From Candidatus Freyarchaeum deiterrae (lineage in GTDB: Archaea > Asgardarchaeota > Jordiarchaeia > Jordiarchaeales > Jordiarchaeaceae), in the NCBI GenBank assembly GCA_037305845.1, contig CP147778.1, positions 864,001 through 928,000 on the forward strand: a DNA stretch of 64,000 bases, written 5' to 3'. Every line of letters begins with the position of its first letter. Position 1 is the stretch's first letter. Made by a program: the position numbers and the translations under genes. Below are positions 19,327 to 29,842 of the stretch, piece by piece. The notes beneath the pieces were generated by a model that had not been told where the DNA came from, searched no databases, and saw nothing but the letters and a program-made list of their open reading frames with translations.

Positions 19327-20514
19327 ATGGAAGTTAGCGACGACGAGAAGAAGAAAACCATGGAAGAATATGAGAAGCTGAAGGCGGCTGAGAAAAAGAC
19401 TCTGAATGATTATCGAACGCAGCTTGCTATGTGTAATATCTGTGCCTTCTGCAGAATTCGGTGCCCTGTTTATCAACAGGTTAAATGGGAGTCTGTAACG
19501 CCGAGAGGAAAGATGCAGATACTCAGGAATGTGGTTAAGGGATGGCTTAAGCCCTCGCCTCAAGTTGCTGAGAGGATTTTCTCGTGTACTACCTGTCAGA
19601 TTTGCAACGAGCAGTGTGATGCGGATGTTCGCCCATTTGATATACTTAAAGTTGCGAGAAGGGAACTTACTGGGCAGGAATTGGGTCCGCTTTCCGCGGA
19701 GAAAAAAATGGATAATAGGATAGTGGAGTATAAGAATCCTTACAAAGAGCCTCAGGAGAGTCGCTTCAACTGGCTGGAAGTTGAGGTACCGAAGACCTCG
19801 GACACCCTGCTTTACTTCGGCTGTGTGACCGCCTACAGATATGGAGAAACGGGGAAAGCTATTGTAGAGCTGCTCAAAAAGGCTGACTACGACTTCACAA
19901 TAACTCCCGATGAGGGCTGCTGCGGTATGCACCCGTACTGGGATGGTGAAATAAAACTAACCGCTGACATAGCCCGGGAGAACGTTGAGATATTCAAAAA
20001 GACCGGTGCGAAAACAATTGTGACTGCGTGTGCGGGATGCTATTCAACATTCAAGAACGCTTATCCAGCACTCGTGGAAAACTTCGACTTCAAAGTAGTA
20101 CACTTCTCAGAACTACTTTGGGAGCTGATAAAAGGGGGTAAGCTCAAACTTAAGAAAACAACTCCAATGAAAGTGACTTACCATGATCCCTGCCACTTGG
20201 GAAGACATGCGGAAGTCTTTGATGCTCCCCGTGAGGTAATCAAATCCATTCCGGGAGTGGAACTAGTAGAGATGGAGCATCACGGGAGGGACTCGAACTG
20301 CTGCGGTGGCGGTGGAGGATACTTTACCGCGTTTCCTGAAAACTCGGTAGAGATTGCCGAGAAGCGTGTACGTGAAGCGGAGGAAACCGGAGCAGATGCA
20401 CTGGTTACAACCTGTCCTCTCTGTAAAACAAATCTGGACCTAGGTATTAAGAGATTGGACTCGAAACTTAAACTCTACGAACTATCGGAACTGGTATTAG
20501 AACACTTGGCTTAA
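19327..20514 (+). CDS. Fe-S/CCG-domain oxidoreductase (GlcF/HdrD-like)
   Basis: Two CxxCxxCxxxC motifs, EGCCG, YHDPCHLGR, CCGGGGG, TCPLC. Confidence 0.9.
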   Translation: MEVSDDEKKKTMEEYEKLKAAEKKTLNDYRTQLAMCNICAFCRIRCPVYQQVKWESVTPRGKMQILRNVVKGWLKPSPQVAERIFSCTTCQICNEQCDADVRPFDILKVARRELTGQELGPLSAEKKMDNRIVEYKNPYKEPQESRFNWLEVEVPKTSDTLLYFGCVTAYRYGETGKAIVELLKKADYDFTITPDEGCCGMHPYWDGEIKLTADIARENVEIFKKTGAKTIVTACAGCYSTFKNAYPALVENFDFKVVHFSELLWELIKGGKLKLKKTTPMKVTYHDPCHLGRHAEVFDAPREVIKSIPGVELVEMEHHGRDSNCCGGGGGYFTAFPENSVEIAEKRVREAEETGADALVTTCPLCKTNLDLGIKRLDSKLKLYELSELVLEHLA

Positions 20515-20871
20515 AATAAAAATTAGAACCAGTCTCTACCCATCCTTTTTTATTGACTTCTTTATCCAAAGGTTGTGGGGTTCTTTCTCTTCGCGTTTTT
20601 GTTTGACTTGGTTATTTTAACCTCAAAGTTTATAAAGTACAGCTTAACTTAAGTCTTAAAGATTGGCTCAGAGGGATAGAGGGATTTTTAGAGATATTGA
20701 AAACAAGTGGCTACACTAAACCTGTGAATTGTGATTTTGTGAGAAAAGATGAGAGATTTGGTTTCCTGTTTCCGTGGATTGCTTATAGTAATAGGGAAAC
20801 AGGGTTTCCGAAATGCGAAGCCTTGCCCTTTACAGAACGGGAATGGAGTAAAGTCAACGGTATAATCCCGT

Positions 20872-22278
20872 TTGGTGGGGATAATTATGGGAAGTATTGG
20901 AACAAAAAGCGGAGCATTAAAAATAGCGGTATTAGTGACAATTCTCCTAACTGCGTCTACAGTAACAGCTGCCTTGATAATCCAAAGCCAGAATCAGAAC
21001 TCGAATCAGACTATTAACCAGGCCTTCGAACTAAACTTGTATTTCTCACTATTTAGTGCCCCTTTCGGAGTTGAACGGGCTTTCCCGAATCTGCTCTTTG
21101 ACCATCCAGTGGGACTCTATAGCGCGGGAGATGGATCGAATCGTCTCTTCGTGATTGAACAGCCGGGTGTAATTAAGGTATTTAATAATTCTGTGAACAC
21201 GACTACAGCTGAAGTCTTCCTCGATATTCGTGACCAAGTAGTATACGGTGGTGAGCAGGGCTTACTAGGCTTGGCGTTTCACCCAAACTTTACCACTAAT
21301 CATTATTTCTACGTCGATTACACAGCTAAAAATGACGGACGAACCGTGATTGCAAGATACACAGTTAACCAAACTAATCCAGACCAAGCCAACAGGAGCA
21401 GTGAACAAATCATATTAGAGGTGCCACAGCCTTTCGCGAACCACAACGGCGGACAGTTGGCCTTCGGACCTAGTGATGGTTACCTTTACATCGCTCTCGG
21501 GGACGGCGGTTCAGAAGGTGACCCTCAGGGTAACGGCCAGAACCTATCTACACTATTAGGCAAAATTCTACGCATAGATATCAATACGGCTACACCGCCC
21601 CTAAACTATAGCATTCCACCGGATAACCCCTTCGCTAGCAATACTCAAAATATTAGGGAGGAAATCTACGCGTACGGTTTTCGCAACCCGTGGCGATTCA
21701 GTTTCGATAATGTTACTGGCCAGCAGCTATGGGCAGGAGATGTAGGTCAAAATTCTTGGGAAGAAATAGACATTATTCAGAGTGGCAGGAACTACGGCTG
21801 GAACATCATGGAAGGCAATCATATCTTCATTCTTCCGCCGGGTTTCAACACAGGCACGCTTACGCCCCCAATCTGGGAGTACAGTCATTTGGTAGGTGAT
21901 GCTATAATGGGCGGATTCGTTTACCGAGGCTCAGAACTCCCTGAATTGAATGGATCCTACATCTACGGAGATTTTGGGAGTGGCAGGATTTGGGCACTGA
22001 ACTACGATGGCGTGAACCCTACAAATAATACACTGCTTGCTCATAGCAATCTCCCGATCACCGCGTTCGGGGTCGACGAAAACAATGAACTTTATATAGT
22101 CGACTATGGGGGCGGAATCTATCAGTTAAATTCTTCGACATCACCTAAAGAAATAGTTTCCACAATGCTTCTTTCGACGCTTAATCCTATTCAGCAAAAC
22201 CTTCAAGTCAGTCAAACTTATCTAGTACCTGCCTTACCAACTATCGTCGCTCAATCGGTTAAAGACTTTAGTAAATAA
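20872..22278 (+). CDS. Membrane-anchored PQQ-dependent sugar dehydrogenase (glucose/sorbosone family)
   Basis: GLLGLAFHP, NHNGGQLAFGP, LGDGG, LLGKILRID, YGFRNPWR, NYGW. The true start may be the Met a few codons downstream. Confidence 0.9.
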   Translation: MVGIIMGSIGTKSGALKIAVLVTILLTASTVTAALIIQSQNQNSNQTINQAFELNLYFSLFSAPFGVERAFPNLLFDHPVGLYSAGDGSNRLFVIEQPGVIKVFNNSVNTTTAEVFLDIRDQVVYGGEQGLLGLAFHPNFTTNHYFYVDYTAKNDGRTVIARYTVNQTNPDQANRSSEQIILEVPQPFANHNGGQLAFGPSDGYLYIALGDGGSEGDPQGNGQNLSTLLGKILRIDINTATPPLNYSIPPDNPFASNTQNIREEIYAYGFRNPWRFSFDNVTGQQLWAGDVGQNSWEEIDIIQSGRNYGWNIMEGNHIFILPPGFNTGTLTPPIWEYSHLVGDAIMGGFVYRGSELPELNGSYIYGDFGSGRIWALNYDGVNPTNNTLLAHSNLPITAFGVDENNELYIVDYGGGIYQLNSSTSPKEIVSTMLLSTLNPIQQNLQVSQTYLVPALPTIVAQSVKDFSK

Positions 22279-22492
22279 CCAAGCGGAATCTTTCCTCTTT
22301 TTTCTATTTTTTAATTTATTTTTTTGTTTCTTGTTTAATAACGAGTATCTCAGAAAGGAAATAGTTAGTAAATCGATGACTGTTTTTTAGTTTAAATACC
22401 CGACTTCCCCAAGTTACCAAAATAGATTATCAAATCAGCGTAGAGTGACCAAAAGCGCTGAGGATAGTGACTCAAAAAGCCTCGATAAGGTT

Positions 22493-22831
22493 TCATGCCT
22501 TTTTCAATTGGTCTTCATAACCATATTTTTCGAAAAATTTCTTGATTTTATTCAACAGGGAATTTTCTGCTCCCATATCAAACTGAAGCATTCCCCTTCC
22601 TCCACCTGCAACAATTATTTTTATATTGCATACGTCAACGCTTTCTAAATCGAATAACAGGGTCACCGCCAGATTAGAATTGGTTCTAAAAAAATCGTAT
22701 TTATCTAAGACTAAAATTTTAAGATTTCCTGATTTTGAATCATATTCAAATGGAGGATGGAACTTCTCCTTGAAAGTGTTAATCGCAATAGTGGCATTCT
22801 CCCTCTTGATGGACATTGTGTCAATTTTCAT
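22493..22831 (-). CDS. Small hypothetical protein (DUF6054-like), paralog of 24731..25060
   Basis: ILVLDKY.FFRTNSNLAVT..F and IIVAGGGRG..QFDMGAE; clearly aligns with 24731..25060. Confidence 0.65.
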   Translation of the reverse strand: MKIDTMSIKRENATIAINTFKEKFHPPFEYDSKSGNLKILVLDKYDFFRTNSNLAVTLLFDLESVDVCNIKIIVAGGGRGMLQFDMGAENSLLNKIKKFFEKYGYEDQLKKA

Positions 22832-22865
22832 AACTTCAATATTTCTAATGGTCTTTTTTAAAGAC

Positions 22866-23795
22866 TTATACTAATTCCTCTGTAACCCTTTTCAAGAACA
22901 CGCTGAAGTCTCTGAGGAACTTGTAGAATTCCTTTTCATCTATATCTGACAGTAGCAGCTCTCGTTCTTCTCCCCAGGTAAAGGCATTTTCTGAAGTGAT
23001 TATATCTTTCTTCGCTTCCAGATTCATCCTGTACTTCTCGTAAAGGTTGAGTATAAATTTGGTCTTGTCAATTATGATTTCGTGCAGGTCTTCCAGATTG
23101 ACACCGAACTTGCTGCAGATCAGGTAAACGTCCAGAAAGTCGCGTGCTTTAATTCCCTTCCTTGTCAGAATCGCTCTTACCTTTTCGCTCAGAATCTCCC
23201 GAATATCGTAAACATCAAAGCTAATTCCATGCGCGTATTCTTTGTACTCTGGAAACAGCACGTCGAGCTCCTCCTGTTTTATCTCGCTTAGTAGGCTTTT
23301 CAGTTCTACTTTCTGAGGGGCAAAGTATAGTTCTTCAACAAAATTTATCTGGATTTTTATGAAGCTTAATCGCTCAAGTGTTTCTGATTGGTACCAGATT
23401 TTAAGCGTGCAGGTTTTGTCGCTTCCTCCAAGCTCAACATAGTTTCTGTTGTGCTTCTCGCACTTGAAGTCAAAGCCTCGCTTCAAGACTATCTCCTCTA
23501 AAACAGCACCCACCTCATCTATGACTTTTGACAGATAACTCCGAATCTCTTTCTGAGACTTGCCCTCAAAGACCTCTTGATTCTTCCATGTGAAGTCTGT
23601 GTCCTCTGAGAAGCGGAAGTAACCGAGGTAGCCTTTAATCAGGCAAGTTCCGCCTTTGAAAATGAAGTTTTCTGAAAAGAACTTGTTCAGGGAAAGGTCA
23701 AGGAGCAGCTGGTGGAGGATTAAATCCTTCTCAATCAAATCTGTTCTCTGGATTCCCTGAAGTCTGCCGACTTCGTTCACAAAATCTTTCCTCAT
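22866..23795 (-). CDS. AbiEii/AbiGii-family nucleotidyltransferase (type IV toxin)
   Basis: IEKD, FKGGT, RFSEDTDF, EKVRA, ARDFLD motifs. Confidence 0.9.
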   Translation of the reverse strand: MRKDFVNEVGRLQGIQRTDLIEKDLILHQLLLDLSLNKFFSENFIFKGGTCLIKGYLGYFRFSEDTDFTWKNQEVFEGKSQKEIRSYLSKVIDEVGAVLEEIVLKRGFDFKCEKHNRNYVELGGSDKTCTLKIWYQSETLERLSFIKIQINFVEELYFAPQKVELKSLLSEIKQEELDVLFPEYKEYAHGISFDVYDIREILSEKVRAILTRKGIKARDFLDVYLICSKFGVNLEDLHEIIIDKTKFILNLYEKYRMNLEAKKDIITSENAFTWGEERELLLSDIDEKEFYKFLRDFSVFLKRVTEELV

Positions 23796-24436
23796 TTTAC
23801 CACCTCTCTAACAATTTCCCTAACAGTCTTTGGATACTTCTCAGAATACTTCTTGATTTTTGCTCTTGAAACATTCTTCGCCCAATCTTCAACATCCAAA
23901 ATTATCTTATTTCTCGGCACTCCGTTGTACCTCCACACGTAGATGAAGTCAAGAATAGTTTTCTCAACATCAGAGTACCTCAAGCGGTCCTCCACCGTTA
24001 CACCGAATTCCAACAACTCGGGCGCAAGCTTAACGAATTTGAACTTGTAGCCCGCAATGTTCACCGGCTTAGCGCGAAAAATCCGGTCATTAACAACGTG
24101 GTCAACGGCAAAATGTTCGTGAGTCACGTTATTCAGCTTCAAGGCGGTGTATAAGCCGAAATACCAGTTCTTAACATTTTTTAGCTCCATTCCTTTAGCA
24201 ACCAGCTCCAGATGACTGTATTTGGTTTTACCCAGCTCAATCTCATCCAAAGCTTTAACATAAAAGATTCCTCGAAAAATCCGTACTAGGTAACCTCTCG
24301 AAATAAAGTGTCTAATGGCTATCTCATAGTCAAGATTCATTGAGCCGCAGTACCGCTTGAGTTCCGTAGAGGTCACAAACTCCTTTCCTTCCATGCGAAG
24401 CTTCCTGAGCAAAAGGTTCGTTTTCATACATATCAC
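23792..24436 (-). CDS. AbiEi-like antitoxin/transcriptional regulator
   Basis: N-terminal wHTH (RIFRGIFY), WYFGLYTAL, YSDVEKTILDFIY; 4-nt overlap with the AbiEii gene. Confidence 0.8.
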   Translation of the reverse strand: MICMKTNLLLRKLRMEGKEFVTSTELKRYCGSMNLDYEIAIRHFISRGYLVRIFRGIFYVKALDEIELGKTKYSHLELVAKGMELKNVKNWYFGLYTALKLNNVTHEHFAVDHVVNDRIFRAKPVNIAGYKFKFVKLAPELLEFGVTVEDRLRYSDVEKTILDFIYVWRYNGVPRNKIILDVEDWAKNVSRAKIKKYSEKYPKTVREIVREVVK

Positions 24437-24618
24437 AAAGTCACAGAAATGTGATATTATAATATATATCAGAAAGTAATATAAATTCTTATTCCCAACC
24501 AGAAAATTCGCTTACCAGCATCCTTGGCATAGGTGTTCAATCACTCAATAGATAACGACCATCACCCAATTACCATCATCGCTAAAAAGGATAATATCAT
24601 AATAGAACACTGGGACAT

Positions 24619-24770
24619 AAAAAAGGAACCATTAGAAACGTTGAAGCTATGAAATATGACACATTGTCCATCAAGAGGGAGAATGCCGCTATAGAAACTT
24701 TTTTTAAGAACCATTAGGAATTCAAAAATTATGAAATACGATGTATTATCAATTGAGAGGAAGAATGCCG
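24619..24770 (+). repeat. Duplicated 5' end of the DUF6054-like gene: an abortive copy followed by the intact copy
   Basis: 24619-24691 is a near-identical inverted copy of 22789-22859 (ACCATTAGAAA..TTGAAG.TATGAAA..TGACAC..TGTCCATCAAGAGGGAGAATGCC). A more diverged third copy follows 82 nt later. Confidence 0.8.
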
Positions 24771-25060
24771 AAATTCTGATCAATGCTTTCAAGCAGAAGT
24801 TTCAACCATCATTTGAATACACTTCAAAATCAGGAAATGTTAAAATTCTGGTTTTAGAAAAATTCGGTTTAAACGGTGCTTATATGGCCGCGACCGTGTT
24901 ATTCGATTCCAAAGATAATGACTCATGCATTATAAACATAGTTGTTACTGGTGGAAAAAAGGGCAGCGGTGGGAGCTTCGGGAGCCAAGAAAAAATGTTA
25001 AATGAAATCAAGCGCTTTTTACAGAAATCTGGTTGTGAAAAATCATGGAAAGAAGTTTGA
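24731..25060 (+). CDS. Small hypothetical protein (DUF6054-like), paralog of 22493..22831
   Basis: MKYDVLSIERKNA...SKSGNVKILVLEKF aligns with MKIDTMSIKRENA...SKSGNLKILVLDKY. Confidence 0.7.
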   Translation: MKYDVLSIERKNAEILINAFKQKFQPSFEYTSKSGNVKILVLEKFGLNGAYMAATVLFDSKDNDSCIINIVVTGGKKGSGGSFGSQEKMLNEIKRFLQKSGCEKSWKEV

Positions 25061-25082
25061 AATCCGAATATTAATTAAAAAT

Positions 25083-25376
25083 TCAGCCTCCGGCAATAGC
25101 CGTAGTCAAATCTACTCTAGAGTTCTCTCTTAGCACGACCTTGTCATAACCACCCAGAGCCATAGGGTCCTCGCCGTCAACAACAACCAAAACCAAGGGT
25201 TTGAGTTCTTTCTCCTTCTTATCCCACAACTTATCGTACAAGTCATCCCTCTTATGCTTCTCAACAATCAGATTCATCAAATCTATGAACACAGAACCCT
25301 CCGGCAAAACATACTCCTCCGTAGAAGTTCCAGCGAACTCCTTAATCACACCATAGTACTTGACAAAAACTCTCAT
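25083..25376 (-). CDS. MoaD/ThiS/SAMP-family ubiquitin-like protein
   Basis: Beta-grasp pattern with C-terminal IAGG. Start taken at MRVFVKYY. Near the AOR gene. Confidence 0.85.
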   Translation of the reverse strand: MRVFVKYYGVIKEFAGTSTEEYVLPEGSVFIDLMNLIVEKHKRDDLYDKLWDKKEKELKPLVLVVVDGEDPMALGGYDKVVLRENSRVDLTTAIAGG

Positions 25377-25492
25377 TCTGCATCGCTGCCTCCTTAAAAT
25401 CTTTAACAAACCTCAAGACTGGCATAAATTTGATACTGTATGTATTGACAATTCATCAAGATAACTTCATAGTACCAAATGCTACTCGTTTT

Positions 25493-26233
25493 TTATATGA
25501 CCTTCAAAGAAGCAATATAATAATATCCCGCTGGTGCATTATTCTGTGCCGTTTCATCGCTTATGAATTCAATGTTTTTACCAAAATGTTTTGCAGCTAT
25601 CCACAAGTGGCAAAGAGCTATACCAATACTAATCGCGTTCATTTTTTTAAGCATAATTGACTTAACACAATATGCATGAAGTAAGTCTCTACTACCCGTA
25701 AAAAACCAAGGCTGACTGTTCGTTCCGGATGGGGCAAGGCGAGCAGGTTCCAACAACTCATCCATACCATTAATGTTACTTATCTGTCCAAGAGGTTTTC
25801 TCTTAAATTCCGAAACACGCTCTCTATGCAATGGTTCTTTAGGCTTCCCAAAAGCTAATACAATGACAAATTCAAGCTTTGAATTGCTCAATATTTCTTT
25901 GGTCGGTTTTTGCAGTCCTCGCCAACAGGCACCGATACCGTTAGCTGAAAGGAACAAATCAATCTGCTGCAGCATAAAGCCTACATTTTCCAAATAACCG
26001 TCTTTAGTTTCGGAAAATGCAACAATATAATGGGGTGCTGGTGATCCCAACAAACCTTTAACATCTTTTTGTGATACAATTTTCATTTCGGTTTTGATGT
26101 TACCATACATCGGGCTTAAGGTGCTCATATAAGTTGAAATCTCCGCCAGAGTATCCTCATCAAGCGGAGTCAAATCATATTTTCTGATCGATTTGCGCTT
26201 AAATATTGTTTCGTAAAGGTCTGTACTTTCCAT
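25493..26233 (-). CDS. Nitroreductase-family protein
   Basis: RKSIRKY, GIGACW, RLAPSGTNSQPW. Confidence 0.88.
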   Translation of the reverse strand: MESTDLYETIFKRKSIRKYDLTPLDEDTLAEISTYMSTLSPMYGNIKTEMKIVSQKDVKGLLGSPAPHYIVAFSETKDGYLENVGFMLQQIDLFLSANGIGACWRGLQKPTKEILSNSKLEFVIVLAFGKPKEPLHRERVSEFKRKPLGQISNINGMDELLEPARLAPSGTNSQPWFFTGSRDLLHAYCVKSIMLKKMNAISIGIALCHLWIAAKHFGKNIEFISDETAQNNAPAGYYYIASLKVI

Positions 26234-26430
26234 TGTTTTACCTCCTCCTTAGATATTATTATCTTTAGGCAATTATTAGAGCAGAATTTAATCGTTCATT
26301 TTTTCTTAATAAGACTTTTCCTTATATGTTTCTGTCGGTGAATGGTTATTCTCTAAACAAACAAAACCAGCAAAAAACAATAAAAAAATAAACGAAATAA
26401 AAGAAAAAAGAGAGGGTTTTCAGTTTAAAC

Positions 26431-28302
26431 TTATTCGCCCCATAGATCCTTAGCCACATCGGGCAAACCAAGCAGTATCAATCTATCCTTCTCTGGAATA
26501 GCGTCCTCAGTCCATCCACGAAAAGCATAGTACTGTTCCATCATCTCTTTCATCGGCGGAACTTTGCCCTTCTGACTGCCCTCTTTGGTGGGCGTCAAAA
26601 GCCTTGGCGGAAGCTTATTGTCTTTATCACGCATTCCTACACGTACGTTATAGGCCCACTTAAGATTGTACAATTTATCTGCAGTAATGTTCAAGTAGAG
26701 CTCGTCAGTCGCCCAACCGCAACAATTCTTAAAGGCTTCAATAAAAGTCGTTATTCCAAAGGGCATAGCTCCGAAAAAGCATAGTACTGATGATCCTAGT
26801 AATGCGAATAGGTCTTGTACTATTGCGGTGATTTCGCCCTTTCTTGCGGGGTCGAATCTTCCTGTTCTTTTCAGCAATCCTGCGGAGGCGTTTAGTATTC
26901 CCATGTCTGATATGCAGGCGTATCCGGTTACGTGGCATGCTCCTCTGTGTGAGGTGGCGTATTCTACTCCCATTGAGTAGAATGCTCGGGGGTCGTGTCC
27001 GGGGGCTTCGAGTCCTTTGACTGTTGTGAGGAATTCGTGTCCTTTACCCAGTTTGTCAGCTGCTGCTTGTGAGCCGTCACCTAGGAGTACTCCTGCTTTT
27101 CCTTCTCTCTTGACTATCTTCTCTGTTATCTCAAGCATTGCTTCAGCGTCTCCCCATTTTAGGGCTATTCCGTCGAGGTCATTCTTTTTTATTATTCCCT
27201 TCTCGAGTGCTTCAGTCGCCCAGGCGATTGTTGACCCTGTGGATATGGTGTCTACTCCATAGTCGTTGCAGAGCTGGTTCGCCATAGATATTGCTTTAAG
27301 GTCGTCTATGAGTAGCATGGAGCCGAATGTTACACAGGTTTCATATTCTGGTCCCGGGCCTTCGAACTCGAAGGGTTCTTTAATTTCTATCCATCTGCCG
27401 CATCTTATGGGGCAGCCGAAGCAGCCAGTTCCTCTCTTAAGTATGGTATTAGCCATTTCCCCTCCGCCAATCTTGGTTGTTCCTTCCCATTCTCCCAGTT
27501 GCCAGTTTTTGATCGGAATGTCTCCCATGGGGGCCATGGAGTCCATCATATATTCGGTTCCGTATTTTTGCATTCCTGATACTAGCATGGGTCCGACAGA
27601 GCTGGGTGACCCCTTCGGAATAATCAATTGGGTGAGTCTTTTGATTTGTTCTTTTACTGCTCCAGAGTCTGCCCACTGTATTTCTCCGGTTCCTCTCACG
27701 GCTATGGCTTTGAAGTTTTTGCTTCCCATCACTGCCCCGGAGCCGCCTCTTCCTAAGGCTCGGGCTTCATCGTTTAGAATGTTAGCTAGTTTTGATTGCT
27801 TCTCGCCGGCTGGTCCTATGCATAGGACTCTGGCTTTTTTCTCTCCGGTTTCTTCTTGGATCATTTCTTGGGTTTTGAAGGTTCCTTGTCCCCATATGCC
27901 AGAGGCGTCTCTGAGTTCTTTTTGAGCGTCTTTTATCCAGAGGTATACTGGTTTGTCGGATTTTCCTTCGATGATTATTCCGTCGTATCCTGCTCTTTTC
28001 ATTTCTATAGCGAAGTAGCCGCCGGAGCTTGCTTCTCCGTAGCCGTGCGAGATTGGTGATTTGAATACTACGGTGAATCTTGAGCTGCAGGGTAAGCCGC
28101 CTGAAAGTGGTCCTGTGAAGAAGTAGAGTTTGTTTCTCTCGTCGAGTTCATCAATGTCTGGGGGGACTTCGTCGTAGAGTAGTCGGGCTCCGAATCCGCT
28201 TCCTCCGAGCCAGTTTTTCGCCCATTGCTCATCTAATGGTACTTCTTTTATTGTTCCCTCTGAGAGGTTTACTCTTAGGTATTTACCCATCCATCCGAAC
28301 AT
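26431..28302 (-). CDS. Tungsten aldehyde:ferredoxin oxidoreductase family protein
   Basis: KSP..GYGEASSGG, IGPAGE, GRGGSGAVMGSKN, CFGCPIRC, GPEYET, D.YGVDTIS, HDPR, RGACH. Confidence 0.93.
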   Translation of the reverse strand: MFGWMGKYLRVNLSEGTIKEVPLDEQWAKNWLGGSGFGARLLYDEVPPDIDELDERNKLYFFTGPLSGGLPCSSRFTVVFKSPISHGYGEASSGGYFAIEMKRAGYDGIIIEGKSDKPVYLWIKDAQKELRDASGIWGQGTFKTQEMIQEETGEKKARVLCIGPAGEKQSKLANILNDEARALGRGGSGAVMGSKNFKAIAVRGTGEIQWADSGAVKEQIKRLTQLIIPKGSPSSVGPMLVSGMQKYGTEYMMDSMAPMGDIPIKNWQLGEWEGTTKIGGGEMANTILKRGTGCFGCPIRCGRWIEIKEPFEFEGPGPEYETCVTFGSMLLIDDLKAISMANQLCNDYGVDTISTGSTIAWATEALEKGIIKKNDLDGIALKWGDAEAMLEITEKIVKREGKAGVLLGDGSQAAADKLGKGHEFLTTVKGLEAPGHDPRAFYSMGVEYATSHRGACHVTGYACISDMGILNASAGLLKRTGRFDPARKGEITAIVQDLFALLGSSVLCFFGAMPFGITTFIEAFKNCCGWATDELYLNITADKLYNLKWAYNVRVGMRDKDNKLPPRLLTPTKEGSQKGKVPPMKEMMEQYYAFRGWTEDAIPEKDRLILLGLPDVAKDLWGE

Positions 28303-28309
28303 CTCTCTT

Positions 28310-29632
28310 TCACCTCACTTTTGTTATGTCGGGTTCCTCCACGCGTTTAAATCCTTCTTTAGGAACTGGGTCTATCTTCTTGTAGAACCTTCTTAGAACA
28401 AGTCCCGCGGGTTGCTGGTGCAGGAAGGTTGGTTTTGCTGATTCCATGGGTTCAATGTCTTTGAGCTCGTAATCCTTACTACCTAAGCCGATTTCTTGTC
28501 CTACGTTACACTGTATGTCCTCGCTTACACCCAAGAATGAACCTGAAACAGAAAACTTTGGTCTCCCTTTAGTTGCATCTTTCTCCTCGGCTACAGAACC
28601 AGGCATTGCTATTGATTTAACAGCCATGTCTAAGCAAGCTCGGTCTATAGCAACGGGATCTTTACTGGCGAAGATTCCCATGTTGGGAATGATGGCGCGG
28701 TCGGAATAAGGAATACAGTCACACCAAGGTGTGCTGTCTAATCCAAAGTTTAGGAATCCCACTTTTCCTGGCTCAAATGTGTTCATACAGGCTTTTGCCG
28801 AATCAGCCACTGCGACGCAAGTAGCTTCAAACCAGTCTATTAATTTCAAGTTCGCGAAAACTCCGCAATCCAGAGTCGTGAACATGTGACATGTGCAACC
28901 ATTGCAGAGTTCCTTAATGAATTCAATAGGCCCCTTTTCCGGAACGACCAGCGCCCCTTCAGGACAGATAGAATTACACGTCTCCCACTTCGAGCATTCC
29001 CTGCCGCCACAATAACCGGGTATGTATTCCATCGTTTGCATGCCTAGGACTGGATGAGCTCCCATGTGAAGGTTGTATTTCCCTCTCTTAGATGCACACC
29101 CCACACCAACGTTTTTAATGGCTCCACCAAAGACTCCCCATGGGTGTCCCTTGAAGTGGCTTAGGACTATCATGGAGTCAGCGCATGCTACTGCTGTTGC
29201 TACGTATTGTTCTTTGAGTATGTATCCTTCGGGTAGGTCTATTCTGACATCGTCGGTTCCTAGGAATCCGTCTCCGACTATCACTGGGCATCCTACTGTT
29301 CCGGAGTTGAATCCGTTTCTTTCAGCGGTCATGTAGAGGTCCCAGCCGTTTGTTCGGAAGCAGAAGGGTGCGTATGGTAGTGTGGTTGTTTCGACTACGA
29401 ATGGTCTCCCTCCGAGTTCTTTTACTTTGTCTACTATTGCTCTTACGTAAACTGGTCTGAGATAGCCGGTGTTGTTCCATTCTCCCAAGTGGGCTTTTAT
29501 TACTACATAGTCATCTTTGTCTATGCACTCGTTTAGTTTGGCTTCGTTGAATAGATGTAGTGCTTTTGCAACTAGGCTGGTAGAAGTTCCATAAGCTCTA
29601 TCATCCATATGCAATACTTCAGATTTTGCCAT
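28310..29632 (-). CDS. DUF362 Fe-S cluster protein
   Basis: IKAHLGE, SHFKGH, GGAIKNVGVGC, ferredoxin insert, WCDC, SKDPVAIDRAC. Confidence 0.85.
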   Translation of the reverse strand: MAKSEVLHMDDRAYGTSTSLVAKALHLFNEAKLNECIDKDDYVVIKAHLGEWNNTGYLRPVYVRAIVDKVKELGGRPFVVETTTLPYAPFCFRTNGWDLYMTAERNGFNSGTVGCPVIVGDGFLGTDDVRIDLPEGYILKEQYVATAVACADSMIVLSHFKGHPWGVFGGAIKNVGVGCASKRGKYNLHMGAHPVLGMQTMEYIPGYCGGRECSKWETCNSICPEGALVVPEKGPIEFIKELCNGCTCHMFTTLDCGVFANLKLIDWFEATCVAVADSAKACMNTFEPGKVGFLNFGLDSTPWCDCIPYSDRAIIPNMGIFASKDPVAIDRACLDMAVKSIAMPGSVAEEKDATKGRPKFSVSGSFLGVSEDIQCNVGQEIGLGSKDYELKDIEPMESAKPTFLHQQPAGLVLRRFYKKIDPVPKEGFKRVEEPDITKVR

Positions 29633-29842
29633 CTTTTACTCTCCCTTTCATAAATATTTTCAAAATTCGTCATTTTTTATAAATTTGTTATGTATTGACT
29701 TGATTTTTCTAATTCTTAAATTTTATTCTGCAATTGTCGTATTTTTTTGTCGGGTTGAAGATAAAAGTAGATTAGTGTTGTGTTTCCAATATTATATTAT
29801 ACTTTTTCTCAGTTTTTGAAACAGAACGATTTATTTTCGAGT

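Noticed and set aside
20697-21017. 106-aa ORF upstream of the PQQ dehydrogenase
   Set aside because: It overlaps the dehydrogenase in another frame and has no motifs; it may include a small gene fragment but cannot be supported.
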